Shown: positions 50,804 to 64,000 of the stretch, in pieces
How the letters are laid out: each line of letters starts with the position of its first letter
Numbering within the stretch: the stretch's first letter is position 1
Origin: Eledone cirrhosa
Taxonomy: Eukaryota
Length of the DNA: 64,000 nucleotides
Reading direction: 5' to 3'
Assembly (NCBI GenBank): GCA_964016885.1
Contig: OZ024747.1
Location: 72,912,001-72,976,000 of the forward strand
The notes under the pieces: generated by a model
The model's input: only the letters and a program-made list of their open reading frames with translations
Told to the model about the DNA's origin: nothing
The model's database searches: none
Program-made: the position numbers and the translations under genes

Positions 50804-51616
50804 CAACAAATAAGCCAGACCATTCAGACTTGATACACAAATATATATTGCATGACAGTTACTCAGATGTCATTGTATATTTTCATTAATTATTGTATCT
50901 TGTCAGTTTTCATGAATAAAATTTGAATTCCGACCATTTCTAAAGAAATCTGAACAACAAAATATTAAAATATTCCTACAAATATTTTAGACACAATATT
51001 GAAAATTAAAATAATATGAAATTAATAAGAAATATAACATAAGTGGCTTTTCTTGTTGGCAGAAATCGACAGACTTAACATTAAAACTATTTCTACATTG
51101 AGGACATTATGTTGTGTATTGATAAAGTAGTCTTGTGGTTGTTGTCATCGTCATCGATATTAGAGTCAGTAACCTTTCCAGAGGTAAGCCTGATGACGAC
51201 GATATATATATATATATATATTTATATATTTATATATTTATTTGTCTTATCCTGGATATTTCACTGGATAAACTGAGAGATTGTGTCTGTGTTTGCTTAT
51301 GAGAGTAGGGGCATCTATGACTCTTAGCAAAAGCATGGTACTTATTACTAAGTCATTCTGCATCGGGTGTGAAGGGTATAGTGTATACGCATACACACCA
51401 ACACTCACGCGTACACGTACACATACACGCATATACGCGCACGCACACACACACACATACTCATACGTTTAATCGTGGAGGAAATATATTCTAAGTTCTT
51501 GGCAACACACAGTACTCATAGCCACATAGACAATGTATCCTCACACATACACGTGTACATAGACACACGTACACACACACACACTCAAGTACACGTACAC
51601 ACACACACACTCAAGT

Positions 51617-51648
<32 letters not shown>

Positions 51649-54012
51649 GTACACACACACACATACATTAAATAGCGGACGAAATATAAGTTTCTAGCAA
51701 CATAATACTCAAAGCCATATAGAAAATGTCTCTTCACAGAAATATAACTTAAGTGTATGAATGGAATTCACTGTATTGAATTATTTAAATTTTCATGCTG
51801 TCTTCGAGTATTGATAATTTCTTAATGCTTATGAAATTAATATCATTATGCAAATTAACACATCTTCGATTATGGTGGATGGTAGCAACGCATCGTTTCT
51901 AGTTCTGTCTTCTCGGCACCACACATGAATTTGAAAGATCGTTTGATGAGGACTTGATACATTACAAAGCTGAATAAGATTCGCTACCAGCTCATAAATT
52001 GCCTAGAAGTTGGAAGTGTTTGAAATTTATTCCTCTCGAATATTTGACGGGGAATAGAAAAACAACTCGTTCTTCTCCTCCACCAGTGCGTGTATATCTA
52101 TGTCTGAGTTTAGAAAAATACATTTTGTGTAATATTTTTTTAACTATTTAGTCCGAGAGGGAATAACAGTGGCTATGATACTTTTCAGTGTTTCTGAAAC
52201 TGGTGGATGGGAGACAGGAAGTTATCCTCAAACAGAAGATTTAGTTTGGATGCTTGAAACAGAGTAGACTCCGCTAAAATCCCCCAAACACCAGATGGTG
52301 AAAACTATACACCCTCTTTAATGACAATAATTACATTTCAATGGATTTATTTGCATTTGTTCTGAAAAGAAATGAAAAAACAATCTGATGAAATAATAGT
52401 AATCTATTAAAAAGTGAGTTCATTTTTTCGGGTGACACCCTGAATACACCTTTAGTATTCTGACACTTTTGTTACAATAGACTATTTCAGGGGAGTGAAA
52501 ATACGATTACATCTTTTAGGGACACCCTATATTTATTTCTGGTATTCTGGTATTTTTGTTACTGTAGAATATTTCAATGTTAATACAGAAATGAAGAAGT
52601 TATGAAGAAATTCAATAATAATTTTATTTTGCTTGAACTTAACAGACATTTGATAAAAAGTTAAAATTTCACTTTTATTTCACTTAAATATGATTATTTA
52701 TTGCTTTTGTTTTATTCAATAAAATAGAATACAAAGTTTTATTCTTTAAAACAACAATTTATTTTCTTTGAGAACTCGGTTTTATTTAACCGTTTGCCAA
52801 TAAATATGACAAATGAACTTTGAAAGTAAATTTCAAATTTGTGATATGTTTAAAAAAGTTATCTTTAACATTTTAAGGAAAAATAGGCGTAGGATTGGCA
52901 AAATTGGTAGAGCACGAGTAAAATGTCATTGTGGTTTTGTATTCGCACTTTATTTTCTGAGTTGAAATGGTGGGCGTTTGGTGGGAAATAATAGGATTTT
53001 GAGTATTAAGATGGTATTTCAACATATGCTACCCACGAGAAAATATTTAAAGGAGATATGCGAAGAACCTGAATGATATTTTTAACAAGTCAGTTTACGA
53101 ACCAGCAAGTAACTTTTACCAAACATATTTGGTATGTTTTTGAATATTTACTATATAGGCGGGTAGTGGAAATATTTTCCATGTGAAAGTTAGCGATGAC
53201 AAAGGTTAGGGCACTGACAAAGGATATTAGTAATTAGTAATCAACTAAACATTTCATGTAAAACAATTCTGAACAATAGATATAGAACTGTGATTATCTT
53301 GACCACCTTTTATTGATCTAAATTGATCACAGTCTGATTTCGCAAGGTTTGTGATATTGAGAAAACAAAAAAACAAAAACAACAACAAAGAAACAAAGAA
53401 ACAAAAAAATAAGCTGATCATTTCGAGAAGCTTAAAATTTAGGTTTAATTGCAAAGCAAATGATCTCTAGGACAGCTCTTACCAAATTTCACAAAACTGT
53501 GCTGCTCAAACAACTCTACAATAGCTGAATCAAATTCTTTGCTGACATCTTGGCTAATATTGTTACAAAGAATTTAGCTGATATATTGAATTTAAATTTT
53601 ATTTCTTTTTAGCGATGGCTAAACTAGGAATGAATACTAAATATATTTGCATTTTTTTTCATTAAAATAAAGTTTTCTGTAGATATACAAAGCTGACGTG
53701 AAAGCGATTAAACAGTGATTCCTTTTCCACCCATTTTCTCATTGACTTTGTATATCTACACAAAAATAATCTGTTAAAAAAAAAAACGATAACTATCTAT
53801 GTACGATAAATTCTCAAAAACCAAAAAAAAGAAGAAAAACCATCTCAGTTGTTCGGATTCTTTCTTAGCAATACGATAACGCTCTTGTAAACATTCTTTT
53901 CAAAAAGACTCCATTCGTTTACCATGAATCAAAGAAAAGAACGATCAAAAGAGTTTGTTGGTCACACTGAACATAACAAGCCATTAGAACAGAGCGATAT
54001 ATGTATGTATAT

Positions 54013-54062
<50 letters not shown>

Positions 54063-54379
54063 GTATATATGAGAGGGAAGAAAATATGAAGTGAGAGAGA
54101 GAGAGAGAGAGAGAGAAGTATGGGAGGAGTGAGAAAGAAGACCAGGAGGAATAAGCAAAAAAAAAAAGAAAGCAAAAAGAAAAATCAAAGGAAGGAACGA
54201 AGATACGCAGGAAAAGAAAGAAAAAAAACGAAAGGAAATAAAAAAAATGAAAAAGACTGAAATCACATAACGACCATTCCTGTTGTCAGTTCTAGCAGAC
54301 ATGTCACATTTCTGGTATGGCCATTTTAATGATTTATGTTATGACTAGGTATGTCTATTAATTATGTCTAATTACGGAA

Positions 54380-54605
54380 GGGCGACATTGGAATGGCAAT
54401 AACGGTAGAGCGTCGGACAACATGATTTGTGGCATATAGCTACGTCCCTTTACATTCTCAGTTCAAATCACACCGAGGTTAGCTTTGTCTTTCATCCTTA
54501 CATAGTCTATAAAATAAAGTACCAGTAATACACTGGGGGCGGTTTACTCGATTTTCCACCCCGCCCTAAATTGTTGGCTTTATTCCTAAACCAGAAACAA
54601 TTATT
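54380..54605 (+). mobile_element. SINE family 1, diverged full length
   Basis: Head, B box, core and GAAACAATTA tail. Confidence 0.8.
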
Positions 54606-54738
54606 TCTAATCACAGAAATTCCTTCAAGTTATTTGATGATTATCTGGGTAATATCTGATACAGCCGTTGTAGAGACATTTCTACCACAGCATGTCAAAC
54701 ATGGCGACAGTATATAATTATATGTGCATTACGTTTAT

Positions 54739-55103
54739 AGGCGGCGAATTGGTACTCGTTAGAACGTCGGATAGAATACTTTGCAGTATTAGTTCCGCCT
54801 CTCTACTCACTGAGTTCAAATCCCACCCGAGGTCAACTTTGCCTTCCATCCATTTGAGGTCAATAGAAAAAAAGTACCTGTCTAGTACGGTGGTCGATCA
54901 TTCTTCTATATCTCCTTTTCACTTCTATTCTCTCACTCTCTCTATCTCTCTCTCACTTCCTCTCACTCTCTCTATCCTTCTCTGCAAGAAATCTGCCGTG
55001 TTCACACCTTGGGAAGAGGTGGGCTCCACCAGGCTTAAAAATGCCCAAGAAACGCCGTTGGTAAATGCGGCGCCCCCACGACTCCCTCAAGAGACACGGT
55101 ACC
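54739..55103 (+). mobile_element. SINE family 1 long-tail variant
   Basis: Colinear with the reverse complement of 36635-37045. Confidence 0.8.
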
Positions 55104-55999
55104 ATGCATACATTGTCTTTTGCAGAAATGTGATGACATTTTCACGGAAACTTTTGGAAAGGAACTAAAGAGTTTTACTATTTGTTTTATTCAAAAAGTA
55201 TTTTGTTTTCTATCGCTTGTTTTTGTGTTTCACGTATAAACTTCGATATGTGATGTATCGGTCACTATTACAACAAATATTTCCTACTCGGTTTTATGTT
55301 TATATATATTTCTCCAGTTCACTTGATGCACATTCATGCATGAAGTTTGTGTGATAGAATCTCTTGATTGGAGTGGACAATTTTCATCTGATGTTATGAT
55401 GTTGCAGATTTTAATCCATTCTAATGTTCTCAATGTTGATACCAGTATTAACAGCGTTAATACATTATAAGATATTGTCTTATTTATAAGCGAAATCCCA
55501 ACTAATATATTTTATTAAGTTTGATTCAATATGCAATGGTTACTCAGAATATGTTGATAATATCGTTCTATGTTATATTTTCATCAGAACTAAGATATTT
55601 ATAGCAATCATTGCATGGGACAGGAAAGACAGAGAGAATGAGATATTTTCGGTTGGTAAAGCAATTTTTCCAGTTGTTATTATTAAGTATGAATATTTTT
55701 CATGAACACATTTCATTCCTATATCAGCTGCAAATGTTGTTTACTAAATCTAGTTGTCTTTGAGCAGTTCGGTTATTTCTATCATAGGTTTTGGGTCGTC
55801 AATAAATCGATTATAAGTTGTGTGATAATTTCTTATCAAATATAAATACGGCATTGTGCCAAAATAAACAGAATCATGTCTCACTGGAATATTTCTTTTG
55901 TAAGAACTATAATATTAAAGATATAATTACTGCTTCTATTTCAAGGGAAACAACTAGAACAGTATATGTTTTAACCAGGTGTAGTAGATGTCAATAAGG

Positions 56000-56140
56000 A
56001 AGGTGGCGAATTGGAAGAGTCGTTAGAACGTCGGCGAGAATGCTTTGCAGTATTTATTCCAGCTCTCTTCTCTCTGGTTTCAAGTCGCTCCAAGGTAAAA
56101 CTTTACTTTCATCCTTTCGAGGTGATAAAAAAGTACCAGT
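56000..56140 (+). mobile_element. SINE family 1, diverged 5' part
   Basis: AGGTGGCGAATTGGAAGAGTCGTTAG..CTTTCATCCTTTCGAGGT..AAGTACCAG. Confidence 0.7.
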
Positions 56141-56344
56141 TTTGTTTGAAGGCATACCGGAATATATACCTTCATACAAGTTAGCAGAAAACACGACACT
56201 CTGACGACTTTGTGCTTCTTTATGTAATCACTGTATAGGCAGCAATTCAAATATGTGCAACAACCATGCCATTTTCACAGACACAGCAACTAATCATTGA
56301 ATTTGAAAGGCAGATTATATTGTTCCTATCTGACATCAAAGTGT

Positions 56345-56722
56345 GAAGGTGCTGGGCTTACTGGCTAGGATGCTTGGCATACGATCATAATGTCGTCGGT
56401 TCGATTCCTGGACAGGCTGTTGTGTTGTGTTATTGAGCAAATCTTTATCTCATGTTGCTCCAGTACACCCAGCTGAGATCAGTGAGTATCAGTGGGGAAT
56501 TAATCCTGCGAGGGTCTTGTACTCTCAGTCGGTTAATGCCAAGGAAACCGAGGATAAACATCGGCCTGGCGAGCCTCTGGGCTTGGGACAGACTTTAACC
56601 CTGCGATAGACTGGTGTCCTGTCCAGGGAGAGAGGGGAGTCTTGTACTCTCAGTCGGTTAATGCCAAGGAAACTAGAGATAAGCCACATCGGCCTGATGA
56701 GCTTTCGTCTTAGAATAGACTA
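56345..56722 (+). mobile_element. SINE family 2 with a duplicated 3' region
   Basis: tRNA-like head (GGTTCGATTCC), Meta-like core, CCCTGCGATAGACTGGTGTCCTGTCCAGGG segment; GTCTTGTACTCTCAGTCGGTTAATGCCAAGGAAAC occurs twice. Confidence 0.75.
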
Positions 56723-57544
56723 TAACATTAAAATATCAGCCATTTACTGAATTATACATTGAATTCGTTGCATTAAAGTAGCATTTCTTTAATGAATAAA
56801 GAAATAATTTATTTTCGTTATTTGATAATTAATATCTATAGTTTTAATCAAGGGCAGGAACGCTCTATCTTGCCTACTGAAACTACACGTCCCACAGTTA
56901 CATACACACACAAACAAACACACACATCCCACACACATACATACACACACATACATACACACCCATCACATACACACATGGTGGTGGTGATGATGATGGT
57001 GGTGATGATGATGGTGGTGGTAGCAGTTGTGGTGGTGACAATGATTAAAATATAAGAAGATAAGAAGACATCATTGAAAAAGTATGAAACAAACTGAAAG
57101 TTATGAATCAGAAAATTAATTAATTTAGTAAGGTAAAATAACAACAACAACAACGTCAATAACAAAGAAAATAACAACAATAGCAACAACGTCAATAACA
57201 AAGAAAATAAAAACAATAACAACAGCAACAACAATAATTGGAACAACAAAAATAAAAAGAGCTACAACAACAACAACAACAATAACAACAGCAACAATAA
57301 TTGGAACAACAACAACAACAAGAGCAATAACATTGACAAGTAAAAATAATGGAGAAGGATAAATAAATAAACAAATAAATAAATAATAAATAAACAATAG
57401 AAATTAAAAAAACAATTGGAATGAATTGTATGTGTGTATGTATGTGTGTGTGTATGTATGTATCTGTGTATGTATGTATGTGTGTATGTATGTATGTATG
57501 TGTGTATGTATGTGTATATGTATGTATGTGTATATGTATGTATG

Positions 57545-58901
57545 TACAGACCCGTGAGCCTCACCTCAATCGTCTGTAAAGCCTTGGAATCTCTAATCAA
57601 GCGGGCAATTATGGCTCATCTTGCGTCTTTAACTGCCATCTCTCCATCTCAACACGGTTTCATCCCGAAACGTTCCTGTCTTACAAACCTACTCGTGATG
57701 GAAGAATGGGTGACGAGGATAATAGACGATGGAGATGTGGCCGATATTATCTTTCTCGACTTAGCAAAAGCCTTTGACTCTGTCAACCACCGCCTGCTTC
57801 TGCATAAGCTCAGTAACTATGGTCTCCATGATTCGATTATAAAGTGGATTGGATCATTTCTTGAGGGTCGTACTTGCAGAGTTCGGATCAATGGCAGTCT
57901 GTCATCGGGGTGGGTGTATGCAGCGGCGTCCCCCAAGGCTCTGTGTTGGGCCCAATTCTCTTCCTTCTATACATCAACGACATGCCGGACGTGATTGGTG
58001 GAAACGTGCTTCTATTTGCAGATGATGTGAAAATGGTATCCCGCAGGAGCGAGATCTACAATCTCATGTCCAGCCTCCAGCGCGCCTGGAGTTGGTCCAT
58101 TGACTGGGATTTATACTGCAATGTCGATAAGTGTTGCCATATGGCAGTGGGTACACCTTATAACTCAGCTCTTACCTTCAACGGTGGCACTGCTCCTTTG
58201 AAGGAGGTTGAGGAGACTAAAGATCTTGGTCTGCTGGTCGACTCATCCTTCAAACCATCAAAACATTACATTCAAGCCGCAAACAAGGCAAGGAGCTCTC
58301 TTTTTCTTATTCGACGCTCCTTTGCCAAACTCACTCCAGAAATTTTCAGGCCTCTCTATGTCGCCCTCGTGAGCCCGCACCTAGAATATGGCATCCAGGC
58401 ATCAAACCCATATCTCATCCGGGATATCCATCACTTGGAGAGAGTTCAACGACTAGCGACTCGAATGGTACATGGTCTTCATGAGCTGCCCTACGAAAGC
58501 CGGCTGCAGAAGCTGAACCTCTTCTCCTTGGAACGTCGACGGCTAAGAGGCGATCTCATTTTGGCTTACAATCTCTTCAATGGCCATTACGATCTCCCTC
58601 AAGATCTCCTAATCACTCCGGCACTTGAAAGGGGTCTACGTGGACATGACAAAAAGCTGTTTCACCACCGCTTTTGCCTAAGACGGAAAGCTGCTTTCTC
58701 GATCCGCATCTCTGGACCCTGGAATCGGCTTCCAGAAGAAGTAGTCAACGTGTCAACCACGCAACAATTCAAGGCGAAATTGGACCGGTGTTGGACCACT
58801 GTGTTTCGGAGTGTGTAAATGTTGCCCCGATCCTCTCCTTACTTGGCATCTGAAGCATCTATGTTTTAATTTCTGCCAAATATATTGAATTGAATTGAAT
58901 T
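57545..58901 (+). mobile_element. 5'-truncated CR1-clade LINE (RT, one frameshift near 57910) with a (TGAAT)n tail, within (TATG)n
   Basis: YRPVSLTS, QHGF..SCLTNL, LDLAKAFDSV, SGVPQGSVLGPILF, FADD, LERVQRLATR, LERRRLRGDLI, WNRLP. Confidence 0.93.
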
Positions 58902-59019
58902 GTATGTATGTATGTATGTATGTATGTATGTATGTATGTATGTATGTATGTATGTATGTATGTATGTATGTATGTATGTATGTATGTATGTATGTATGTA
59001 TGTATGTATGTATGTATGT

Positions 59020-59617
59020 TGGTGCTACTGGTAACATGTATCCCAGTACAACCTGTCTCATGGTCGGGTCGTTGGCGACTAAACTGGCAACCCCACCAAG
59101 GTTTCTTGGTGAGGAGGGTGACTTTGGACATCCTGCAGGACTAAAACCAAAACCTGTCAAAGGGCAAAGGGCTTCTTAAGAGTCAATGGCCATCCAAAAT
59201 CATCGGGAGAGATGACCCCTTAGCCTTTGTCAAGGCAGAATTCTAGGAGAAGGAAAACTTTGATATAACACCTGCAACCCTGATGGTATCCAATGATGTT
59301 GACTTGTTCTTCTTTTTGGTAAATATCATCTTGGTTAAGAGAGTGGGACTGGCTTTGTGCAGTGCCTTTGCTCACTATAAAAGCTTCACGGCACAGGCAT
59401 TGCTTTATATCTGGAGATTTCTCTGCACTTGTCGTCACATGGTACCATGGGCCCAGCACTATGTGTCAATAATTGTCACAAGTATAGTGTTTGTACCAGA
59501 GTTTTCAAGTCGCTGGCTGGACTAAAAAGTCACACTCGTTCAGCGCATCGGTAGGGGTTCTCCTACATGGATATAAAGTAGTGGCCGTACTCGAAAACGA
59601 GTTGGCAGCCACCATAA
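59020..59617 (+). mobile_element. Probable 5' UTR of an RTE-type LINE, without coding region
   Basis: GGCGACTAAA structured motif and CTAGGAGAAGGAAAACT, a motif I associate with RTE 5' UTRs; flanked by (TATG)n. Confidence 0.5.
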
Positions 59618-59807
59618 ATGTATGTATGTACTTATGTATGTATGTGTCTATGTATGTGTATATGCATGTGTGTAATGTGTGTATGTATGTATGTTTGTAT
59701 GTTTCGTATACACAGGAGAAATAATATGATATGAAAAAACACACACAATGACTGATAAATAATGAGAGAGAGAGTGAGCGAGAGATAGAGAGAAAGTGAG
59801 GAAGAGT

Positions 59808-59852
<45 letters not shown>

Positions 59853-59913
59853 TGAGATAGAGATAGAGAGAGTGAGATAGAGAGAGAGAGATAGAGATAG
59901 ATAGATAGATAAA

Positions 59914-62900
59914 TTTCTATTTATTTGCCACGAGGGCACAAAAGAAGGGGACATTTACACAGTGGGGGAGTTTACATAAATCGAGTAAAGAAAAAAGGAA
60001 TAACAATAATAATATAACAATAAAAAGTCCTCAAAAGGGAGGGGGCGTGTTGGGGATTGCACATACCCCCGAAAAGTGTGCTACTCTTTTCGCGGGGCAA
60101 GCCCAGAGAGGAGGCGCTCCCCCTTTCCTCTTCACTTCTTCACCTACAGAACAATGTAGAGAGAAGGCCCATTTACACGGGCCATTCTCGCTTCTTTCAC
60201 CCACCTTTCATAAAACTGTCTGGGACCAAGCACTTCTCTCTCCATCCTGATCCTTCTTCCGAAGTGGTATCGGAAGAAGTAAACCAGGTGATGGCCGGAG
60301 AGAAAGTCACCCGACCTCAGACCTTTCAGGCGCGTCCACCACACAACCTCTTTCATCATGGCTATTACGCATAGAAAGACCGCCTCTGCTTCATTTCTGA
60401 AGGGAGGAGGCGGCTTGATGTTCACCACAGACTCGGCGGTTAATCGAATCGGCGCCACACGCGACAGCAGTCGATCGACGTAGCCCCACAGATCGGCAAC
60501 GCCCGGGCAGTGTACCAGTGCATGCGCAACGGTTTCCTCGTCGCGCACGCATCTGGGACAGATCTTTTTCGCGGGATCCCTGCCCGGGCGCCCGTGTCTG
60601 TAGAGCTTTTCTCGAACGGGCAGAGCCCCCGGTAACACTGCCAGGCTAGGGACCTCTGGAAGTTGTCCATGGGTCCCGGGCCGAAAGTTCTACCGAACAG
60701 GCTGGCCAGTTCGTCCTCCTCCTCCATGCCTAGCGACTCTCCAAGGGTGTCGTCGCCCCTGCTAGCCACCAACCCTCTATAGAATGTCGAGGTGGATTCT
60801 CCACTGACAGTCGGGTCCGCTTGCCAGATAGCCGTGAGCGCCTGGGCACACTCGGTGTGCCAGTTGCCCAGTTTTCTCGGTCTTTGCTTCACCCAGGATT
60901 GCAGTTCGGTGAGCGAGACGAGCTGTGGGAAGGCTCGCCTCACAAACGGGGCCCACACCGGCTGACCGTTGAGGAATACCTGTAGATGCCGTAGCCTCAA
61001 TGCGTGCCTACGCATCAACAGCCACGGCATACCCAGCCCTCCTTTCGAAGGGTGCTGGCAGCAGATGGATCTCCTCACCATGGGAAGCCGCTTCTTCCAG
61101 AGGAACTGGAAGAGCATGCGTTCCATGATGGTGAGCTTTTCCTTGGGGCAAGGCACGACGGTCAGGCGGTAGTAGATGACGGACGCTATGTAAGCGTTCG
61201 TCACCTCCGCCCGACCTTTCAGTGATAGTTTGCACTTGGCCCACTTCTGGGTCAGCGCAAACACCCTGCTCGTCACCTCGCCCCAATTCTTCTCCACCTG
61301 GAGGTCCGGTCCGAACCAGACCCCGAGCAGCTTCACCGGGCCCTCCGTCCACCGCCCGACGACACCGTCTAACGGCATCGGTTTGCCCCTCCACGTTCCG
61401 AGTTGCAAACCGACTGACTTGTCCTGGTTCAGCCTAGCCCCCGTCAGCCTTTCGTATTCCTCCAGTAGGGTGGCGATCGCCCCGATTTCCGAGGCGTCCG
61501 CCACCATTACTGTTACGTCGTCGGCATAGGCCGAGACCGCTTTGTGCAATCCCGGTTCCAGGGGTATGCCCCGCAGCAACTCCAACTTCCGCAGCAGTGG
61601 CTCGAGAGTCAATACGTACAGAAGGGAGGAGAGGGGGCACCCCTGTCTGATGGATCGGGTGATTTGAAACGGCTCCGAGAGGTAGCCGTTTACTTTAATC
61701 CTAGAGTAGATGTTGCCACTGTGCATGGCAGAAATCCAGCCCCTGAAAACGGGTCCGAAGCCCGCCGCCGCTAGCACCGCATCCAGGTAACCATGGTCGA
61801 CCCTATCGAACGCCTTAGATTGATCCAAGTTGATCAGGGCCCCACCAAAGCCGGGTTCGTTGCCAACCCTCTCTATGATGTATCGCATGAGGTGGAGGTT
61901 GTCGTGAATGGACCTGGACGGGATAGCGCATGTCTGCGCGTCTCCCACCAAACCACCCACCACAAGCGCCAACCTCTTCGCCAACACCTTGGCCAAAATC
62001 TGTAACTCTGCATTCAGCAGAGTTATGGGCCTAAAGTTACTTAAGTCGTCCCCCTTGCTCTCGTCCTTCCTCACTAGCGTGACCACGCCCTTGGTCACAG
62101 AACAGGGAATTCTCCTGTTCTGTTGCCAGTTGCAATAGACAGCCTCGAGGAGTTCGGAGAACAAGACCGGCATAGCTAAATAAAATTCGTATGGTAGACC
62201 ATCGAGACCCGGGGATTTGCCTCTGCTGCATTGGCTGAGCGCTTCCCCGATTTCAGTGGCTGTGATTGGCCTTTCGCAGCACTCCGCTTCGCCGCTCGAA
62301 AGACGCGGTAGACCGTCGAGGTATGGACCGAAGTCCACATCCCCGTCCGGCCCACCGCCCCCTCCGAACAGTCGAGCAAAGTGCCTTTGAAAGGCCTCGC
62401 ACATCCGCTCAGGTTCAAGGATCACCCGTCCATCCTGGTCTCGCAAAGACCGAATGGTGAATTTAATCCCACTCTTGGCTTCTGTCACGCGGGCCCAGCT
62501 AACAGCTTTGGTCCCCTCGTTTCCTAAAGCACGTATTTTACTTCGGACAACGCAGCCTTCGTGCTTCGAGTCAAAGAACTGGCTCAATGCCGTTCTCGTC
62601 GCTAACACTCTGGCTACGTCTCCGCTCCTAATCGCCTCTTCTAGTTTATCTGTTAACTCCCTTTCCCTCCTATTTCTATTCGCCGCTAGTTCCTTACTGT
62701 AACCTATCGAACTTACTCTAATCTCTCTCTTTAGAGATATCCACCACCTACTGTTGACGATCGCTCCCGTCAACCGCATCTTAACTAAGCTACTAATCCG
62801 GTTTCTGTAATCTTTCTTTGTCGGTAAGGACAAGTTCATCTTCCAGTAACCGGGACCCTGTCTATGCGTTCTATCAAGGTTGACCACGCAGGTCACTAAT

Positions 62901-64000
62901 TTGTGATCTGAATAGCCAACCATGATCAGTTCTGGACAACTAAATACGTCCCTATCCTTACTCCTAACCAAAAACCTATCTAGGTACGATCTAGATTGTC
63001 CACTGCGGTTTGCCCAGGTCCAGGTTGGCGCAGTTGGACAATCTAGTCGAAATCTATCGACCAGGTCGAATCGATCGAGTAACCCCTTGAGGCTGCTACA
63101 CCCCCCTCTATCGGGACATGCCCCTGCATAGTCCCAACGCGCATCTAGGATTCCATTCCAGTCCCCCACTAAAAGCAGGGAACGCGACGTTCCTAGAAAA
63201 GTCTCCAGACGCTGGAAGAAGTCGGCTCTTTCCGCCCCGAAGGGAGCATAAAGACCGACCAGTCTGAAAGCCCCGCCTTCACCGCCTCCGACGTCCAGCA
63301 CCAGTAATCGACCCCCCGGGTCCGAGTGAACAATCTGTACGTCGAGAGTCAGACGTTTATCCAGTAGTACGGCAACTCCCCCCCCGCCTCCGGGTTGACA
63401 GAGAGATGCGTGCATCTCAAAGTCATCGAAGGCGGGCGCCAGCTGTCTCACGCTGCTGATCCGACTCTCGCAAACAACCATCACATCTATACTTTGTGAC
63501 CTGAGGTCACTTACAAGCTTTGCTTGCTTCCAAGCTGAGCCCAGGCCACGCGCGTTCAAACAGCCAACTCTCAATTGATCTATTTTGGTGTTGAAAGTGA
63601 AGAAAGAAAAGCACTTACCTCTCCGGGTTGCGTAATTTCCATGGCATCAGGTGTGTTGGGTGGAGGGATGTTTTGTGGTGGTGTGGGGGTACACGTGTGT
63701 AGTGGGGTTTGGGTATTTGGAGTTGTGTCAGGGAGAGGGGCGGTTATGGGGAAATCTTTCAAGAGGACGCGATTCAACGGTTTTAAACAAGGGGGGGCTC
63801 ACGTCCCGTCTAAATTGTTCTTTTAAGGAACGATAAAGGTCCAGAGGGACCTTTATCATTTTTAAATGGGTGAAGTTCTCTGTTGAGATAAAGTTTGGCC
63901 CTTCGGTCTGCACCATAGGGTTATTGTTTATTAATTTAACCAGTTTTTTGTTTTCTTTATTTATATATGTGTATTGCAACGTCTTTTTTTGTGATGCTGT
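59914..64000 (-). mobile_element. Tx1-clade LINE (copy D); 5' part lies beyond the window
   Basis: ORF1 C-terminus (63580-63979, frameshifted), ORF2, and a 3' end AATAAATAGAAA followed by TTTA(TCTA)n on the minus strand. Confidence 0.95.
60144..63583 (-). pseudogene. ORF2 of copy D (APE-RT): start codon reads ATA, one frameshift near 60630
   Basis: ORFs 60440-63574 and 60144-60638 align to copy A ORF2 over the full length. Confidence 0.92.

Noticed and set aside
51140-51205. CTGATGA motif as a hammerhead core (also at 52385 and 56695)
   Set aside because: No stem II followed by GAAA in the required arrangement.

Overview
Repeat-dominated, AT-rich animal genomic DNA. The SINE families and microsatellite density suggest an octopod cephalopod, which is an inference. 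No host protein-coding gene is evident. The main feature is a head-to-tail array of three diverged Tx1/L1-clade non-LTR retrotransposons (8327-21080) plus a fourth copy on the minus strand (59914-64000). Every copy ends in AATAAA(TA)GAAA followed directly by (TCTA)n and sits in the same orientation inside a TCTA/GATA microsatellite. The copies also share a splice-donor consensus at the end of ORF1 and an acceptor-like site at the ORF2 stop codon, so ORF2 may be removable as an intron. The window also holds Penelope-like elements and short derivatives in (TA)n tracts carrying eight hammerhead-ribozyme-like motifs, two of the derivatives being fold-back cassettes. The remainder is decayed RTE and CR1 LINEs, a hAT transposase relic, MITEs, many tRNA-derived SINEs and three minisatellites. 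Most short ORFs in the supplied track are microsatellite or antisense artefacts.
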